This document shows positions 1 to 9,813 of a stretch of 32,000 nucleotides of DNA, one piece after another. A program made the position numbers and the translations under genes. Each line of letters begins with the position of its first letter. The first letter of the stretch is position 1. The notes beneath the pieces are model-generated. The model searched no databases, was not told the origin of the DNA, and was given only the letters and a program-made list of their open reading frames with translations. This stretch comes from an uncultured Clostridia bacterium (GTDB lineage: Bacteria > Bacillota > Clostridia > Oscillospirales > Ruminococcaceae): the NCBI GenBank assembly GCA_944382845.1, contig CALWNN010000025.1:16300-48299 (forward strand), in the 5' to 3' direction.

Positions 1-125
1 TCGTCGTAGATGCCTACCGACTGAAAAACAGATTTAAGCGTATGATAGCCATCGGGTCTTTTTCCTACAACGTCAAGAATCAAATTGATTTTTGCCGCAG
101 CTTTAACTGTAATAGTGTCAGCCAT
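1..125 (-). CDS. ispE: 4-diphosphocytidyl-2-C-methyl-D-erythritol kinase, N-terminal 41 codons; the gene runs off the left edge
   Basis: Reverse translation from the ATG at 125-123 gives [41 protein letters not shown]. The AKINL.L.V..KR.DGYH block is the conserved IspE N-terminus. It is absent from the ORF track because the window edge truncates it. Confidence 0.7.
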   Translation of the reverse strand, partial: MADTITVKAAAKINLILDVVGKRPDGYHTLKSVFQSVGIYD

Positions 126-142
126 AAAAATCTCCGTTTCCT

Positions 143-1324
143 TTAATGTGAACTGTTTTTAAGCTCTTCGAGAAATTTTTCGATTCTGTAAAGAGCCTCT
201 TTTAAATGGTTAAGGGAATAAGCGTATGAAACGCGAATGTAACCTTCGCCGCAAGCCCCGAATGCGTCACCGGGGACAACCGCTACCTTTTGGGAGTAAA
301 CAAGCTTTTCGCAGAAGTCTTTGCTTGAAAGTCCTGTGGATTTGATTGACGGGAACACATAGAAAGCGCCGTCAGGCATTATGCAGTCAAGTCCAAGCTT
401 GTTAAAGCCGTTAGCAACAAAACGTCTCCTTATATCATATTCCTGAACCATTTTAGCGACTTCGTCCCTACAGTGTCTTAAGCCTTCCACAGCAGCATAC
501 TGGCTTGTGGTAGGTGAACACATAATTGCATACTGATGGATCTTAAGAATATGAGAAACTATTTCTTTCGGACCTGCAAGAAAACCAAGCCGCCAGCCTG
601 TCATTGCAAAGCCTTTTGAGAATCCGTTTATAAGTATGGTACGTTCTTTCATTCCCTCGCATTGAACTATTGAATAGTGCTTTTCTCCATAGGTAAGTTC
701 GCTGTAAATCTCATCTGAAACAATTACAATGTTTGTTTTTCTGATCACTTCGGCGATCTTTTCAAGGTCGTCCTTTCTCATAACAGCTCCCGTAGGGTTG
801 TTAGGGTAGGGAAGAATAAGCATTTTAGTTTTGTCTGTTATTTTCTCCTTAACTTCTTCAGCGGTTACCTTAAATCCGTTTTCAGCCTTTGCTTCAATCG
901 TAACCGGAATTCCTCCGGAAAGAGAAACAAGGGGAGCATAGCACACAAAGCTCGGCTCGACAATAAGTACTTCGTCGCCGGGTTCAACCATTGCCCTTAT
1001 CGAGGCGTCAATACCTTCGGAACCGCCTACGGTAACTATGATTTCGCTGTTTGGATCGTATGAAGTACGTACGGTCTCCTCAAGATAAACCGATATTTCT
1101 TTGCAAAGGTCTTGTAGTCCTCTGTTTGAAGTATATGTAGTCTTGCCCTTTTCAAGGGTCATAATAGCAGCCTGTCTGATTTTCCATGGAGTCTGAAAAT
1201 CAGGCTCACCCACGCCGAGAGAAATAACTCCTTCCAGGGTCTGGGCAATATCGAAGAATTTTCTTATTCCCGAAGGCTTCATTTCTCTTGCAGCCTTAGC
1301 AACAATCTTTTCGTAATCCATCAT
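143..1324 (-). CDS. Class I/II PLP-dependent aminotransferase (aspartate/aromatic aminotransferase-like)
   Basis: 393-aa ORF. It has the PNNPTG motif and the PLP-lysine block [15 protein letters not shown] typical of fold-type I aminotransferases. Its ATG overlaps the stop of the upstream regulator (ATGA overlap). Confidence 0.9.
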   Translation of the reverse strand: MMDYEKIVAKAAREMKPSGIRKFFDIAQTLEGVISLGVGEPDFQTPWKIRQAAIMTLEKGKTTYTSNRGLQDLCKEISVYLEETVRTSYDPNSEIIVTVGGSEGIDASIRAMVEPGDEVLIVEPSFVCYAPLVSLSGGIPVTIEAKAENGFKVTAEEVKEKITDKTKMLILPYPNNPTGAVMRKDDLEKIAEVIRKTNIVIVSDEIYSELTYGEKHYSIVQCEGMKERTILINGFSKGFAMTGWRLGFLAGPKEIVSHILKIHQYAIMCSPTTSQYAAVEGLRHCRDEVAKMVQEYDIRRRFVANGFNKLGLDCIMPDGAFYVFPSIKSTGLSSKDFCEKLVYSQKVAVVPGDAFGACGEGYIRVSYAYSLNHLKEALYRIEKFLEELKNSSH

Positions 1325-1800
1325 GGAGATACAAATCCTCTTTCGTCAATTTCTTCTTCTGTAATTATAATGCTGTTGTCCTTGTAGCGTTTAAGGACAA
1401 AGTGAGTCGCAGTTGAAAGTACGCCATCAATTGGAGCAAGACGTTGAGCTACAAACTGAGAAATATCACGTAAATTAGTTCCGCTTATGGTAATCCCAAG
1501 ATCATATGATCCTGACATAAGCCAGCAGGCTTCTACCTCTTCATAGGAACTTACGGTTTTGGCAATATTGTCAAATCCGCTCTGAGCCTGAGGAGTTACC
1601 TTGAGTTCAATAAAAGCTGTAACTACCTCATCTTCGGTAAGCTCATTATTGATAACGGCAGTATATCCTTTGATAACTCCCTTGGTTTCAAGTTCACGTA
1701 TTTGTTCAGCCACAGTCTTTTCATCTCTGTCAAGCATAACTGCAAGTTCAGAGGTAGTAAGGCGGGCATTTGATTTCAGCAGTTTTAGAAGTGCGTTCAT
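1321..1800 (-). CDS. Lrp/AsnC family transcriptional regulator
   Basis: 159 aa starting at MNALLKLLKSNARLTTSELA (HTH), followed by a RAM-like C-terminal domain. GGAGG lies 7 nt upstream of the ATG at 1800. The ORF-track start at 1818 is probably an over-extension. Confidence 0.85.
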   Translation of the reverse strand: MNALLKLLKSNARLTTSELAVMLDRDEKTVAEQIRELETKGVIKGYTAVINNELTEDEVVTAFIELKVTPQAQSGFDNIAKTVSSYEEVEACWLMSGSYDLGITISGTNLRDISQFVAQRLAPIDGVLSTATHFVLKRYKDNSIIITEEEIDERGFVSP

Positions 1801-1881
1801 ATTATAACCTCCGGTCAATTAAACTGTTCATAGTAATTATACTATTTTACAAGTGCAATGTCAATTTTTTTTCAGACATTT

Positions 1882-1915
1882 AAAAAATACGGCAGCCACA
1901 AAAGCCGCCGCATTT
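1882..1915 (-). terminator. Rho-independent terminator downstream of the VWA gene
   Basis: The minus-strand RNA has a GCGGCGGC...GCUGCCGU stem (one G-U pair) followed by a U-run, directly after the stop at 1926. Confidence 0.5.
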
Positions 1916-1925
1916 TTATTTGATT

Positions 1926-4244
1926 TCATATATCGATATCGCTTATGGCAAGAGAAATTTCCTCGCCGTCCATAGTAGCCTTGTAGAAATTCTTATATTC
2001 CTTTATGCTGCCGTCCTTTGCAAATTCAGCTCCTGCGTATTTTCTTATGACAATATCCTTTGTGAGGTCAACGTTCATTGCGTCGTAAACTCTCAGTATA
2101 TATGTATCGGGAGAGTTAGCGTCTCTTATAAGGGCAACAGCATTGGCGGCTCTTTTTCCGTCAATTATCACAACAGCCGGAACTCCGTCGTAAAGTCTGT
2201 CCTTTATTGTATCAAAGCACTTGTCGCCGTCGGAGAGAGCATATGTCACAGAGCTGTCTTTCCACTGATAAACGTTGAGGCAGCTTATTGCCCTGTAAAA
2301 TTCGGCTTCGCCTTTTCCGTAATTTGTTTCTATCTTTTCAATTCCGTTTTTGGTGTCAATTCCGAGAAGTTGAACCGTTCCCCATTTTAATTCTTCATTA
2401 TTTATAGGCTTGCTTAATACCGTAAGACCCTTTGACAGAGCTTCGGAGCGAATATTTTCTTTGACCGAGAGAGTTTCCCCTTTTTTCTCAAAATCAAGGT
2501 ATGTAAGACAGTCGGTAAATCGGTCTGTTGAAGCCGCAATAAAGCTTAAGCTTCGCAGTCCCGATTTAGCCTTGTAGTCGTCCTCTACGGTTGTATCCCT
2601 GAGATCATATCCGTCTGAGGAATATTTTTTTCCGCCGTCGTCGTCAGGCTGTGTATCGCCAAGAGAAAGATTCAAATTTCCTGTAAACCAATCTCTCGCA
2701 AAAACGGCAAGGCCAAATGAAACTGTGTCGGCTTCATTGGTTCTGAAATCTGCAAACGAATATCCGTTTACAGCAGGAACAAAACCTGTGTTGTAAAGCA
2801 TATACCCTACGCCTGAGATCTCGTTTGAATCATTCTCAACCGTAACCTTGTCGTAATTGAGAGTAGCGACTATCTGATTGTGGATATCGTTAAGAGCGTT
2901 TGCGTCAGAGGCGGAATAATACTTTCCGTCCGTTTGCTCTGCAATATTCTTAAGAACAGATTTGTCAATGTCGTTTCCAATGCTTACGGTTAGAATTATT
3001 ATGTTCTTATCCTCTGCAGCGGCGGCAATTTTCTTGATGTCGGGACTTGTTTCCTCGGTAGTGTCGCCGTCGGTCAGCATAACAATAATATTGACGGTTT
3101 TCTTATCAGTGCTGTCAAAGCTATCAATGCAATTCATAAGAGCCGATTGGATATATGTCCCGTTAAAGTATTCGTCCTCGTTTTTGATTCTGTCAAGAGC
3201 GTCTGAAAGCGCCTTTTTATCAGATGTAAAATCCTGAAGAAGCGTGTAGCTTGCAGTGAATTTGCTTACGGCGCATTGGTATGATTCGTCAAACTTTTCA
3301 ATAAGGTCCTCTGCAAAATCAAGCCGTTTAAACTTTACGTCGTTTTCCGGAGAGCTTGCAAGAACGTCCTTTGAATACATCGAGCCTGAATTGTCGATAA
3401 GAAAATGAACTCTTGTTTCGGCGACTGCATTTATGGTCTGACCCATACCCACAACATAAGTGCCGTAGGCGTTTATCTCGGCGGAAACAGTTTTTGTCGA
3501 GGAGTCAACTGTTGATTTCACAGCCTCAAAAACATTGTTTTCAGTGTTGAATCTGAATACTGAAAGTCCGTTTTCCACAAAGCTTTCATCGCTGAGTTTG
3601 AATGTAAGTGTACAGCTGTCAAACATTTGTGTTCCGTATATTTCATAGACATCTGACACGATACCGGTGTTTGCGTTGAAGCTGACAAGATTTATCGTAT
3701 CCACAACAGCCCCGTAAATATGAGCCGTACCTTTCATGTCCGCAGTCAGGTCTCCGCAGGTTTTTTTGATACTGAATATCCTTTCACTGTCCATTGTTGA
3801 ACCGTCAGACCATTTTTCCGACGGGTCAAGTCCTGCCATCAGTTCATATCCGTCTGAAACGCCATCGTTGTCCGAATCGGGATTCAACGGATCTGTTCCA
3901 AGGGATATCTCGTTTTCATCAGAGATACCGTCTCCGTCGGTGTCGGGAGTAAAAGGATTTGTTCCCTTTGCCTCTTCATTCTTGTTTGTGATTCCGTCAG
4001 AATCGTCATCCCGGTCGCTGTCGGAAATAACAGACATTACTCTGGTGTCGGCGTCTATCTGTTTGACTATAGTCTGGTATTTTTCAAGCTTTGATTTTTC
4101 TGTTATTTGATATACTATAATAAGTACAAGAACTACAAGTACAATTATAGTAAATATCCCAGCAATTATCGGAGCTTTGTGGGATTTGTACAGATATTTT
4201 TCATAGTTTATACTTTGTTTTCTGGTCATTATATTTTTAGCCAT
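1926..4244 (-). CDS. Membrane-anchored protein with thrombospondin type-3-like Ca-binding repeats and a von Willebrand factor A domain
   Basis: 772 aa. It has an N-terminal TM helix (APIIAGIFTIIVLVVLVLIIVYQI), Asp-rich repeats (DDDSDGITN, DTDGDGISDENE, DSDNDGVSDGYE), the VWA MIDAS motif in VHFLIDNSGSMY, and a later MLTDGD. Confidence 0.8.
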   Translation of the reverse strand: MAKNIMTRKQSINYEKYLYKSHKAPIIAGIFTIIVLVVLVLIIVYQITEKSKLEKYQTIVKQIDADTRVMSVISDSDRDDDSDGITNKNEEAKGTNPFTPDTDGDGISDENEISLGTDPLNPDSDNDGVSDGYELMAGLDPSEKWSDGSTMDSERIFSIKKTCGDLTADMKGTAHIYGAVVDTINLVSFNANTGIVSDVYEIYGTQMFDSCTLTFKLSDESFVENGLSVFRFNTENNVFEAVKSTVDSSTKTVSAEINAYGTYVVGMGQTINAVAETRVHFLIDNSGSMYSKDVLASSPENDVKFKRLDFAEDLIEKFDESYQCAVSKFTASYTLLQDFTSDKKALSDALDRIKNEDEYFNGTYIQSALMNCIDSFDSTDKKTVNIIVMLTDGDTTEETSPDIKKIAAAAEDKNIIILTVSIGNDIDKSVLKNIAEQTDGKYYSASDANALNDIHNQIVATLNYDKVTVENDSNEISGVGYMLYNTGFVPAVNGYSFADFRTNEADTVSFGLAVFARDWFTGNLNLSLGDTQPDDDGGKKYSSDGYDLRDTTVEDDYKAKSGLRSLSFIAASTDRFTDCLTYLDFEKKGETLSVKENIRSEALSKGLTVLSKPINNEELKWGTVQLLGIDTKNGIEKIETNYGKGEAEFYRAISCLNVYQWKDSSVTYALSDGDKCFDTIKDRLYDGVPAVVIIDGKRAANAVALIRDANSPDTYILRVYDAMNVDLTKDIVIRKYAGAEFAKDGSIKEYKNFYKATMDGEEISLAISDIDI

Positions 4245-4386
4245 TTAGCAACCGCCTTTATCAAATTAAATAACAAATTTATTATATAACATTTATAATA
4301 AAATGTCAATCATTGTTCAATAAATAATATGAATGTGGTTAGCAAAATATTAACATAAATATTTTCGTTAAAAATTAAAAAAAGGG

Positions 4387-4415
4387 TTGACAAACAAAAT
4401 AAGTTGTGATAAAAT
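4387..4415 (+). promoter_or_regulatory. Sigma-A type promoter for the tRNA-Ser pair
   Basis: TTGACA (4387-4392), a 17-nt spacer ending in TGA (extended -10 like), and TAAAAT (4410-4415). This is about 28 nt upstream of the first tRNA. Confidence 0.5.
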
Positions 4416-4442
4416 AAATAAGTCGCTTAAATGATGCAAAAG

Positions 4443-4534
4443 TGGAGAGGTACCCAAGTGGTTGAAGGGTCCGGTCTTGAAAACCGGTAGGCGGGTCAAA
4501 CCGTGCGTGGGTTCGAATCCCACCCTCTCCGCCA
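4443..4534 (+). tRNA. tRNA-Ser (anticodon UGA), CCA encoded
   Basis: The cloverleaf folds by hand. Acceptor GGAGAGG/CCTCTCC, anticodon stem CCGGT/ACCGG with loop CTTGAAA, a long variable arm, T-arm GTGGG-TTCGAAT-CCCAC, discriminator G plus CCA. Confidence 0.9.
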
Positions 4535-4592
4535 ATTATATTTTGCCTAAGGGCAATCAAGCGGGTGTAATCCGCTGTTTTTATATTTGTAA

Positions 4593-4682
4593 GCAGAAAT
4601 ACCCAAGTGGTGAAGGGGCTCCCCTGCTAAGGGAGTAGGTCTGGAAACGGGCGCGAGGGTTCAAATCCCTCTTTCTGCGCCA
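4593..4682 (+). tRNA. tRNA-Ser (anticodon GCU), CCA encoded
   Basis: Acceptor GCAGAAA/TTTCTGC, anticodon stem CTCCC/GGGAG with loop CTGCTAA, a long variable arm, T-arm GAGGG-TTCAAAT-CCCTC, then G plus CCA. Confidence 0.9.
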
Positions 4683-4713
4683 TATTGGTGAGGCCAAATG
4701 GATGCTCACCCCT

Positions 4714-4739
4714 AAAAGCCCGTAATTACGGGCTTTTTT
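4714..4739 (+). terminator. Rho-independent terminator after the tRNA pair
   Basis: AAAAGCCCGTAATTACGGGCTTTTTT: a perfect GCCCGTA/TACGGGC stem followed by T6. Confidence 0.7.
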
Positions 4740-5353
4740 CATGTTTTTTTGCTGAAAATTTTAAGTGTAAAACCGTGGATGCTTTTTCGCCTTTTTTATC
4801 AACCGGAAGGATTTGAACTCTCGAGAACTTAATATTGTCAAATAAATCGGTAAGTTTTGAGCAAATTTCTCTATTAACTTGCCGATTTTATATAAAAACT
4901 TGCACAAAGTTTTTAATTCAACTTTGTTGGATTTGACCGTCTTTGTCTGATATCATAAAATGTGATAAACGACAAAACGGTCTTTTTTTATTTCTCAAGG
5001 AAGGACGTGATACCCGTGTGGCAGCTATACTATTAAAATGGAAAATAAATCAAAGGTGGAAATCAATGAACAACAAACTTATAATCAACACAACTCTGCT
5101 TGGCAAGAAATCAGAATGCAAAACAAAAGCCTGTGTGGCGGAAAAAGCGATAGCAGTTTCCAATGAGGTTGTAGGTTTCATTTTGAAATCTGTAACCTCT
5201 TCACTATTGATAATGGCGGTGGGATGTGACTTAATATAGGGAATTGAACAGACCGAAAAATCTGAAAGTCGATAATCAAATGGAATGGGGCGGCAAGATG
5301 AATGCTCTGTGAGAAGCGGTCACGGAAACTATCAATGCAGAGGTGGTCTTCGT

Positions 5354-5479
5354 ATGAAAAAGCGAAAATATTATCTGTATTTGACGGCGGAGGAGCGGCG
5401 GTATATCTTCAATGTGCTGCTTGACTATCGCAACAAGCTGATAACACAGGGTAAATATACAGATGCCATTGAAGGATGA
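5354..5479 (+). CDS. Small hypothetical protein (41 aa)
   Basis: GAGGTGG lies 7 nt upstream of the ATG at 5354. The product is MKKRKYYLYLTAEERRYIFNVLLDYRNKLITQGKYTDAIEG. I recognise no function. The ORF-track start at 5285 has no RBS. Confidence 0.3.
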   Translation: MKKRKYYLYLTAEERRYIFNVLLDYRNKLITQGKYTDAIEG

Positions 5480-5624
5480 TACGATGATCAAACTTTGTGC
5501 TATGTGTACGAATGAGGTTAAACGAATCGATGGTATCATTAATTTTGAAAAGGCTATTAGGTATCAGCAGTCGAAGTAAGAGAAAGCCGTATCGGTGTGA
5601 TATAGCTTGTACATAAATAGGTTT

Positions 5625-6080
5625 TTAAAGTCCGATGTACTGCTTGATTGTGTAAACATGAGTTTTCATATCAAAAATTTCTATATACGGGTCACCCTTA
5701 TCATATAACCATCGTTCAATAAAAGTTGGCTTTATTGCAAATAACCTTTCGCTTTTTAATGAGGTATAGGCATCATAAGAACCTTTAAAGCATTTTTTGA
5801 AGCATTTACAAAAAGATAAATTATCCAAAGGGTGTCCCAACTCTTTGCAGATTCCTTCAATTTGAATATTATCAATACATAATGCAACATTGTTGTTAGT
5901 TAATATCTGATGATACTTTCTGAATGTTACATCTGTCTGAAAGTAAAATATACCGTCGATTTGAACCACGCTCATCATTCGAGATGATACAATATCATTT
6001 TCTGATGTTGAAAGTACCATAGTTTTTCCGTTTATAAACTCGGAAAGAAAAGCTGTATATTTATCATAAAAAGAATTCAT
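5625..6080 (-). CDS. Pyridoxamine 5'-phosphate oxidase-like FMN-binding split-barrel protein
   Basis: The pattern GKTMVLSTSENDIVSSRMMSVVQIDGIFYFQTDVTFRKYHQILTNNNVALCIDNIQIEG matches the PNPOx-like family layout. GGAGG lies 8 nt upstream of the ATG at 6080. The ORF-track start at 6131 is probably an over-extension. Confidence 0.6.
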   Translation of the reverse strand: MNSFYDKYTAFLSEFINGKTMVLSTSENDIVSSRMMSVVQIDGIFYFQTDVTFRKYHQILTNNNVALCIDNIQIEGICKELGHPLDNLSFCKCFKKCFKGSYDAYTSLKSERLFAIKPTFIERWLYDKGDPYIEIFDMKTHVYTIKQYIGL

Positions 6081-6148
6081 AAATAGCCTCCAAACAATTG
6101 CAAAGTAATATGAATTATACCACATTTCCATGAATTAAAAAGAATCTT

Positions 6149-6769
6149 TCAATAGTTATTCTTTAATTCATTCTTCATAATACTGATAAACGCTTGAACA
6201 GAATCAGAAGGGTTCTTTGAATACACTATTCCATATGGCATTTTATAATCCCATTCCATTGGGATTGTTACGAGGGAGGGATGGACGTCTTTCCAAATAT
6301 CCAGCGTTTTCATCACACAAACTGACTGCTCACATTCATTGAAAACGCTTGTATCATAGAAATGCGGGGTATCGGCAATTGTTAGCTTGGTATGTTTTTC
6401 CTCTATTTCATCTCGTATTTTGTTTATTACAGGGGATTCTCCCCGTTTGACCATCATAATCGTTTCTCCGTCCAGGTCTCCCCAACGAAGACTTTCTTTT
6501 TTTGCCAACCTGTGCTTGCGTGGAACGGCAATACAACATTCTACCGGCTTAAGAGGAAAAATATTATACCGCTCCTTCCAGGTAAGAGAATCGCAAGGAC
6601 CGACAAAGCAGTCGATTTCTCGTCCCAGCGAATCCAGCATGGCTTCCATACTGGCCGGGCTGTCGTCAAACGGAACGATATGGATTGTAATCGGCAGTGT
6701 CCCATCATCAATCTTCGTCCATAAATCCACCAGTGTTTTGCAAGGTCGCAGAATCGATGTGCCGACTTT
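6149..6769 (-). pseudogene. LysR-family regulator lacking its N-terminal HTH; only the effector-binding domain remains
   Basis: The open frame begins KVGTSILRPCKTLVDLWTKI... immediately after an in-frame stop at 6770-6772. This is where a LysR substrate-binding domain normally starts (about residue 90). There is no winged-helix part, and the only start is a GTG at 6730. The frame abuts the stop codon (6777) of the AT-rich ABC gene. Confidence 0.7.
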
Positions 6770-6776
6770 TCAGATG

Positions 6777-9104
6777 TCACTTTACCAACTCGATAATTTT
6801 TATTTTCGAGTATTTTCTTAACGGAATTATAACCGAAAGCATGCTTAGCAACAGCGTAACAGCTAATGTGATAAGAATAACAATAAATCTTATATGTATA
6901 AAATTTATACCTGTATTAATAAGCATATTATCAAGTAAAAATTTGTTTATTGCATATATAAATATAATATTCAATATCAAAGCCACAAAAAATGATATCA
7001 CAGAGACAACCAGACACTCAAGTGTAAAAATGTTCATTGTATCAGCCTTATTAACACCTAGAGTTCTTAAAATGCCGATAGTTTTTTTATTATCGTTAAT
7101 GCTGTATGAATATAACGAAACCATTTGTAAAATAGAAAGTAATGATATTATTCCAACACCTATGATAAAAATTATTGCCAGAGAGTCCACATTATATGAT
7201 AGTGAGTAAAGCTGTTCAAGATCATGATTGAAAATTTTAATGCTATTATTGTTAAGGTTATGAATATCGTGATTTATTGTTTTATCATTATTCAACAGCA
7301 TATACGTACTATTATTATAGCATGCATATTCTTTATATAATTCTTCAAACAGTTTCGGCATTACAAAAAATTCACCGTCATCAGATGTTATCCCAACAAT
7401 TTTAAAATTATCTCCTATATAATCATAAAGGTTTATTACACCCCAGAATGTGCTTCCATATTTTTTTGCGTACAAATCATCGATCTTATATGATGTGCCT
7501 ATTAAATCATCAACTGTTTTCTTATTCAGTTCAAGAAATGAATCGGAGATGAGAATTTCGTTATCCTTTTGTGGCATACGACCTGCTATAAGGTCTGTGT
7601 CATTATTCGCAGCGCATATATCACAGTACCTTGTAACTTGAGTATATAAATTTTGCTGTGATATAACACCGAATCCAGGCATATATACACGATCACCTGA
7701 ACCGCATAACGGATCTGTATTATATGAAAATACAATTATACTTCCAAGCGGCTCATCACCATAGCCAATATTTATTGATATATTTTCAACGTTCTTTTCG
7801 CATATCTGAGAAATTATTGCTGTTATCACATATTCCTTATCGTCAACAATTATGGTTGAACCTATTGATACATCAGAACTGCCAACTTTGTTTATAACAT
7901 CAGCTGAAATCGCTACTTCATTTTCTTTTTTGGGGAACTCGCCTTCGAAAGTACAATATTCAGATGATTCTTCCACCATATCAATACCCGTTACGTCATT
8001 GATTAAGCTTTTCCCCAGCTGAATTTCATAAGTTCCGACACGACGTATTATCCGTTCTTTGTCAACACAATCAGTAAGCAAATTATAGTACTTTTTCCCA
8101 CATGTAATGTTTTCGTCAGCAACAAGCATGGAGTATTCATCAGGAGGAGGCATGTAAAGAGATAGAACATTAATATCATGATCATTAATATAGTTTGTTA
8201 TAGGCACACTATCATCTCTGAAAAGTATTTCAGAAAGAAGCAGTATCAAAAGTGTTGTAATACTGAATATCATAACAGAAATTATACACCTTGTTGCACG
8301 CTTAGACATTGCTTGTTTTGCAAACATAAAACACTCTTTATATGAAAGCCTGCTGACACTTTTTTTCAAAGTAATATTTGGGGAATCATTATCATCTGTA
8401 GGAGTAATTGATTTTTTTTCGATGTCGTTTCTTATCTCGTCGCTTTCAATGGTACCATAAGCAATTTGAATAATTCTGTCTGCATAAGCATTTGCAAGAA
8501 TATCGTCATGTGTTACAACAACCACCAGACGTTGAGATGCTATTTTTTTCAATAATTGAAATACAACCTCGCTGTTTTTTCTGTCCAAATTTCCGGTTGG
8601 TTCATCTGCAAGTAGAATTTTTGCCCCAGACGCCATTGCTCTTGCTATAGCAACTCTTTGCTTTTGTCCACCACTCAGCTTGCCTGAATCTTTATCAAGC
8701 ATATCATTCAGTCCAAGTTCTTGAGAAATCGCTGTAATAACATCATTTTTTAATTTTTCATCTGTATTATGCAGATTTAGCGGAAGTGCTATATTATCAT
8801 ATACCGTCACATTCTCCAGAAGATTAAAGTCCTGATATATGAATCCAAGCTGTGAGCCTCTAAAAACATCCCACCATTCTTCGTCCTTATCATCAATCCG
8901 TTCATTGTCAATGTAAACCTCTCCGGATGTAGGCTTATCAAGACCACCAAGAATATTAAGTAATGTTGTTTTTCCACAACCGCTTGTTCCGCAGATTACA
9001 ACAAGCCCTTTATTCGGAATTTCCAGATTCAGCCCATCAAGTGCAGTTATATACTCTCCTTTGATATCTGAATACTTTTTAATAACATTATTAAGCCGAT
9101 ACAT
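6777..9104 (-). CDS. Fused ABC transporter: N-terminal ATPase plus C-terminal FtsX/MacB-type permease
   Basis: 775 aa. Walker A GTSGCGKTT, signature LSGGQKQR, Walker B ILLADEPTGNLD. These are followed by one TM helix, a roughly 350-aa extracytoplasmic domain and three C-terminal TM helices (FtsX topology). GAGGTGA RBS. Confidence 0.85.
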   Translation of the reverse strand: MYRLNNVIKKYSDIKGEYITALDGLNLEIPNKGLVVICGTSGCGKTTLLNILGGLDKPTSGEVYIDNERIDDKDEEWWDVFRGSQLGFIYQDFNLLENVTVYDNIALPLNLHNTDEKLKNDVITAISQELGLNDMLDKDSGKLSGGQKQRVAIARAMASGAKILLADEPTGNLDRKNSEVVFQLLKKIASQRLVVVVTHDDILANAYADRIIQIAYGTIESDEIRNDIEKKSITPTDDNDSPNITLKKSVSRLSYKECFMFAKQAMSKRATRCIISVMIFSITTLLILLLSEILFRDDSVPITNYINDHDINVLSLYMPPPDEYSMLVADENITCGKKYYNLLTDCVDKERIIRRVGTYEIQLGKSLINDVTGIDMVEESSEYCTFEGEFPKKENEVAISADVINKVGSSDVSIGSTIIVDDKEYVITAIISQICEKNVENISINIGYGDEPLGSIIVFSYNTDPLCGSGDRVYMPGFGVISQQNLYTQVTRYCDICAANNDTDLIAGRMPQKDNEILISDSFLELNKKTVDDLIGTSYKIDDLYAKKYGSTFWGVINLYDYIGDNFKIVGITSDDGEFFVMPKLFEELYKEYACYNNSTYMLLNNDKTINHDIHNLNNNSIKIFNHDLEQLYSLSYNVDSLAIIFIIGVGIISLLSILQMVSLYSYSINDNKKTIGILRTLGVNKADTMNIFTLECLVVSVISFFVALILNIIFIYAINKFLLDNMLINTGINFIHIRFIVILITLAVTLLLSMLSVIIPLRKYSKIKIIELVK

Positions 9105-9146
9105 TTTTCACCTCATTATAATATTTCAAAAAGCAAAGCTGTATTT

Positions 9147-9782
9147 CTACAGCTCTGCTTCAACGCTTTTCGAATACTCAATTATAAAATTGATTTCGGA
9201 TATAACGAATTTCCACATCCAATGGGCATTTGACGTGTCATACTCTTTGCTATCTTCTTTTGACCAGTTGCCCACAACCAAGTATGGGTTAAGCCATTCT
9301 TCTTCCGGCTCATGATTCATCCAATAGGAACCATTATAAGTAAATCCTTCTGCATTTGAATCTATTGCTTCGAAGAATCCGCACTGCTTAAATTGCTCCA
9401 TATGTTTGTTTCCGTAGTACATCATATCATAATGCTTACTCTCACAGTAATCCTTTATAAGAAGCAGTTCTTCATTAGATATATCCATTTTTCCATCAAA
9501 ATCAAAGATTACAATAATATGATACACATATTGATTTTCAGCATCGCCTATTGTTTCATCAGTAAACTCCGAAATTTTTTTGTAATTAATAGTAACCTCC
9601 TTCTCTGGATCAAGGTCACCATAATACATAACGATTGAGTTTGAAGAGTTTATATTTTCCATAAACATTTTCTGCTGTGTACTGGGTCTGTAAAACCAAC
9701 CAAATGGGTCAATTATTACAAAAATGATTGCAACAATAATCATGATAAATACTACAACAGCTATCAGAATCTTCTTTTTCAT
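9147..9782 (-). CDS. Membrane-anchored hypothetical protein (single N-terminal TM, about 180-aa external domain)
   Basis: 211 aa. MKKKILIAVVVFIMIIVAIIFVIIDPF is the anchor. The GGAGA RBS lies in the 31-nt gap after the upstream gene. It is the middle gene of the 3-gene operon, and I recognise no motif. Confidence 0.6.
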   Translation of the reverse strand: MKKKILIAVVVFIMIIVAIIFVIIDPFGWFYRPSTQQKMFMENINSSNSIVMYYGDLDPEKEVTINYKKISEFTDETIGDAENQYVYHIIVIFDFDGKMDISNEELLLIKDYCESKHYDMMYYGNKHMEQFKQCGFFEAIDSNAEGFTYNGSYWMNHEPEEEWLNPYLVVGNWSKEDSKEYDTSNAHWMWKFVISEINFIIEYSKSVEAEL

Positions 9783-9813
9783 AATAATAAATCATCTCCG
9801 TGACAACAAAGAA

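Noticed and set aside
4375-4560. 61-aa minus-strand ORF.
   Set aside because: It is antisense to tRNA-Ser(UGA). The open frame is an accident of the tRNA sequence.
4806-4832. GGATTTGAAC, the reverse complement of a tRNA T-loop-like GTTCAAATCC, just after the tRNA pair. It could be an att-type tRNA 3'-end duplicate.
   Set aside because: Only about 10 nt match. The flanking bases do not form a T-stem or match the acceptor end of either tRNA-Ser. This is too short to call.
4943-5239. 98-aa ORF and an internal 57-aa version (5066-5239, MNNKLIINTTLLGKKSECKTKAC...) with an AAAGGTGGA RBS.
   Set aside because: No recognisable family. The long version has no RBS and spans a terminator-like hairpin. 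The short version is possible, but nothing beyond the RBS supports it.
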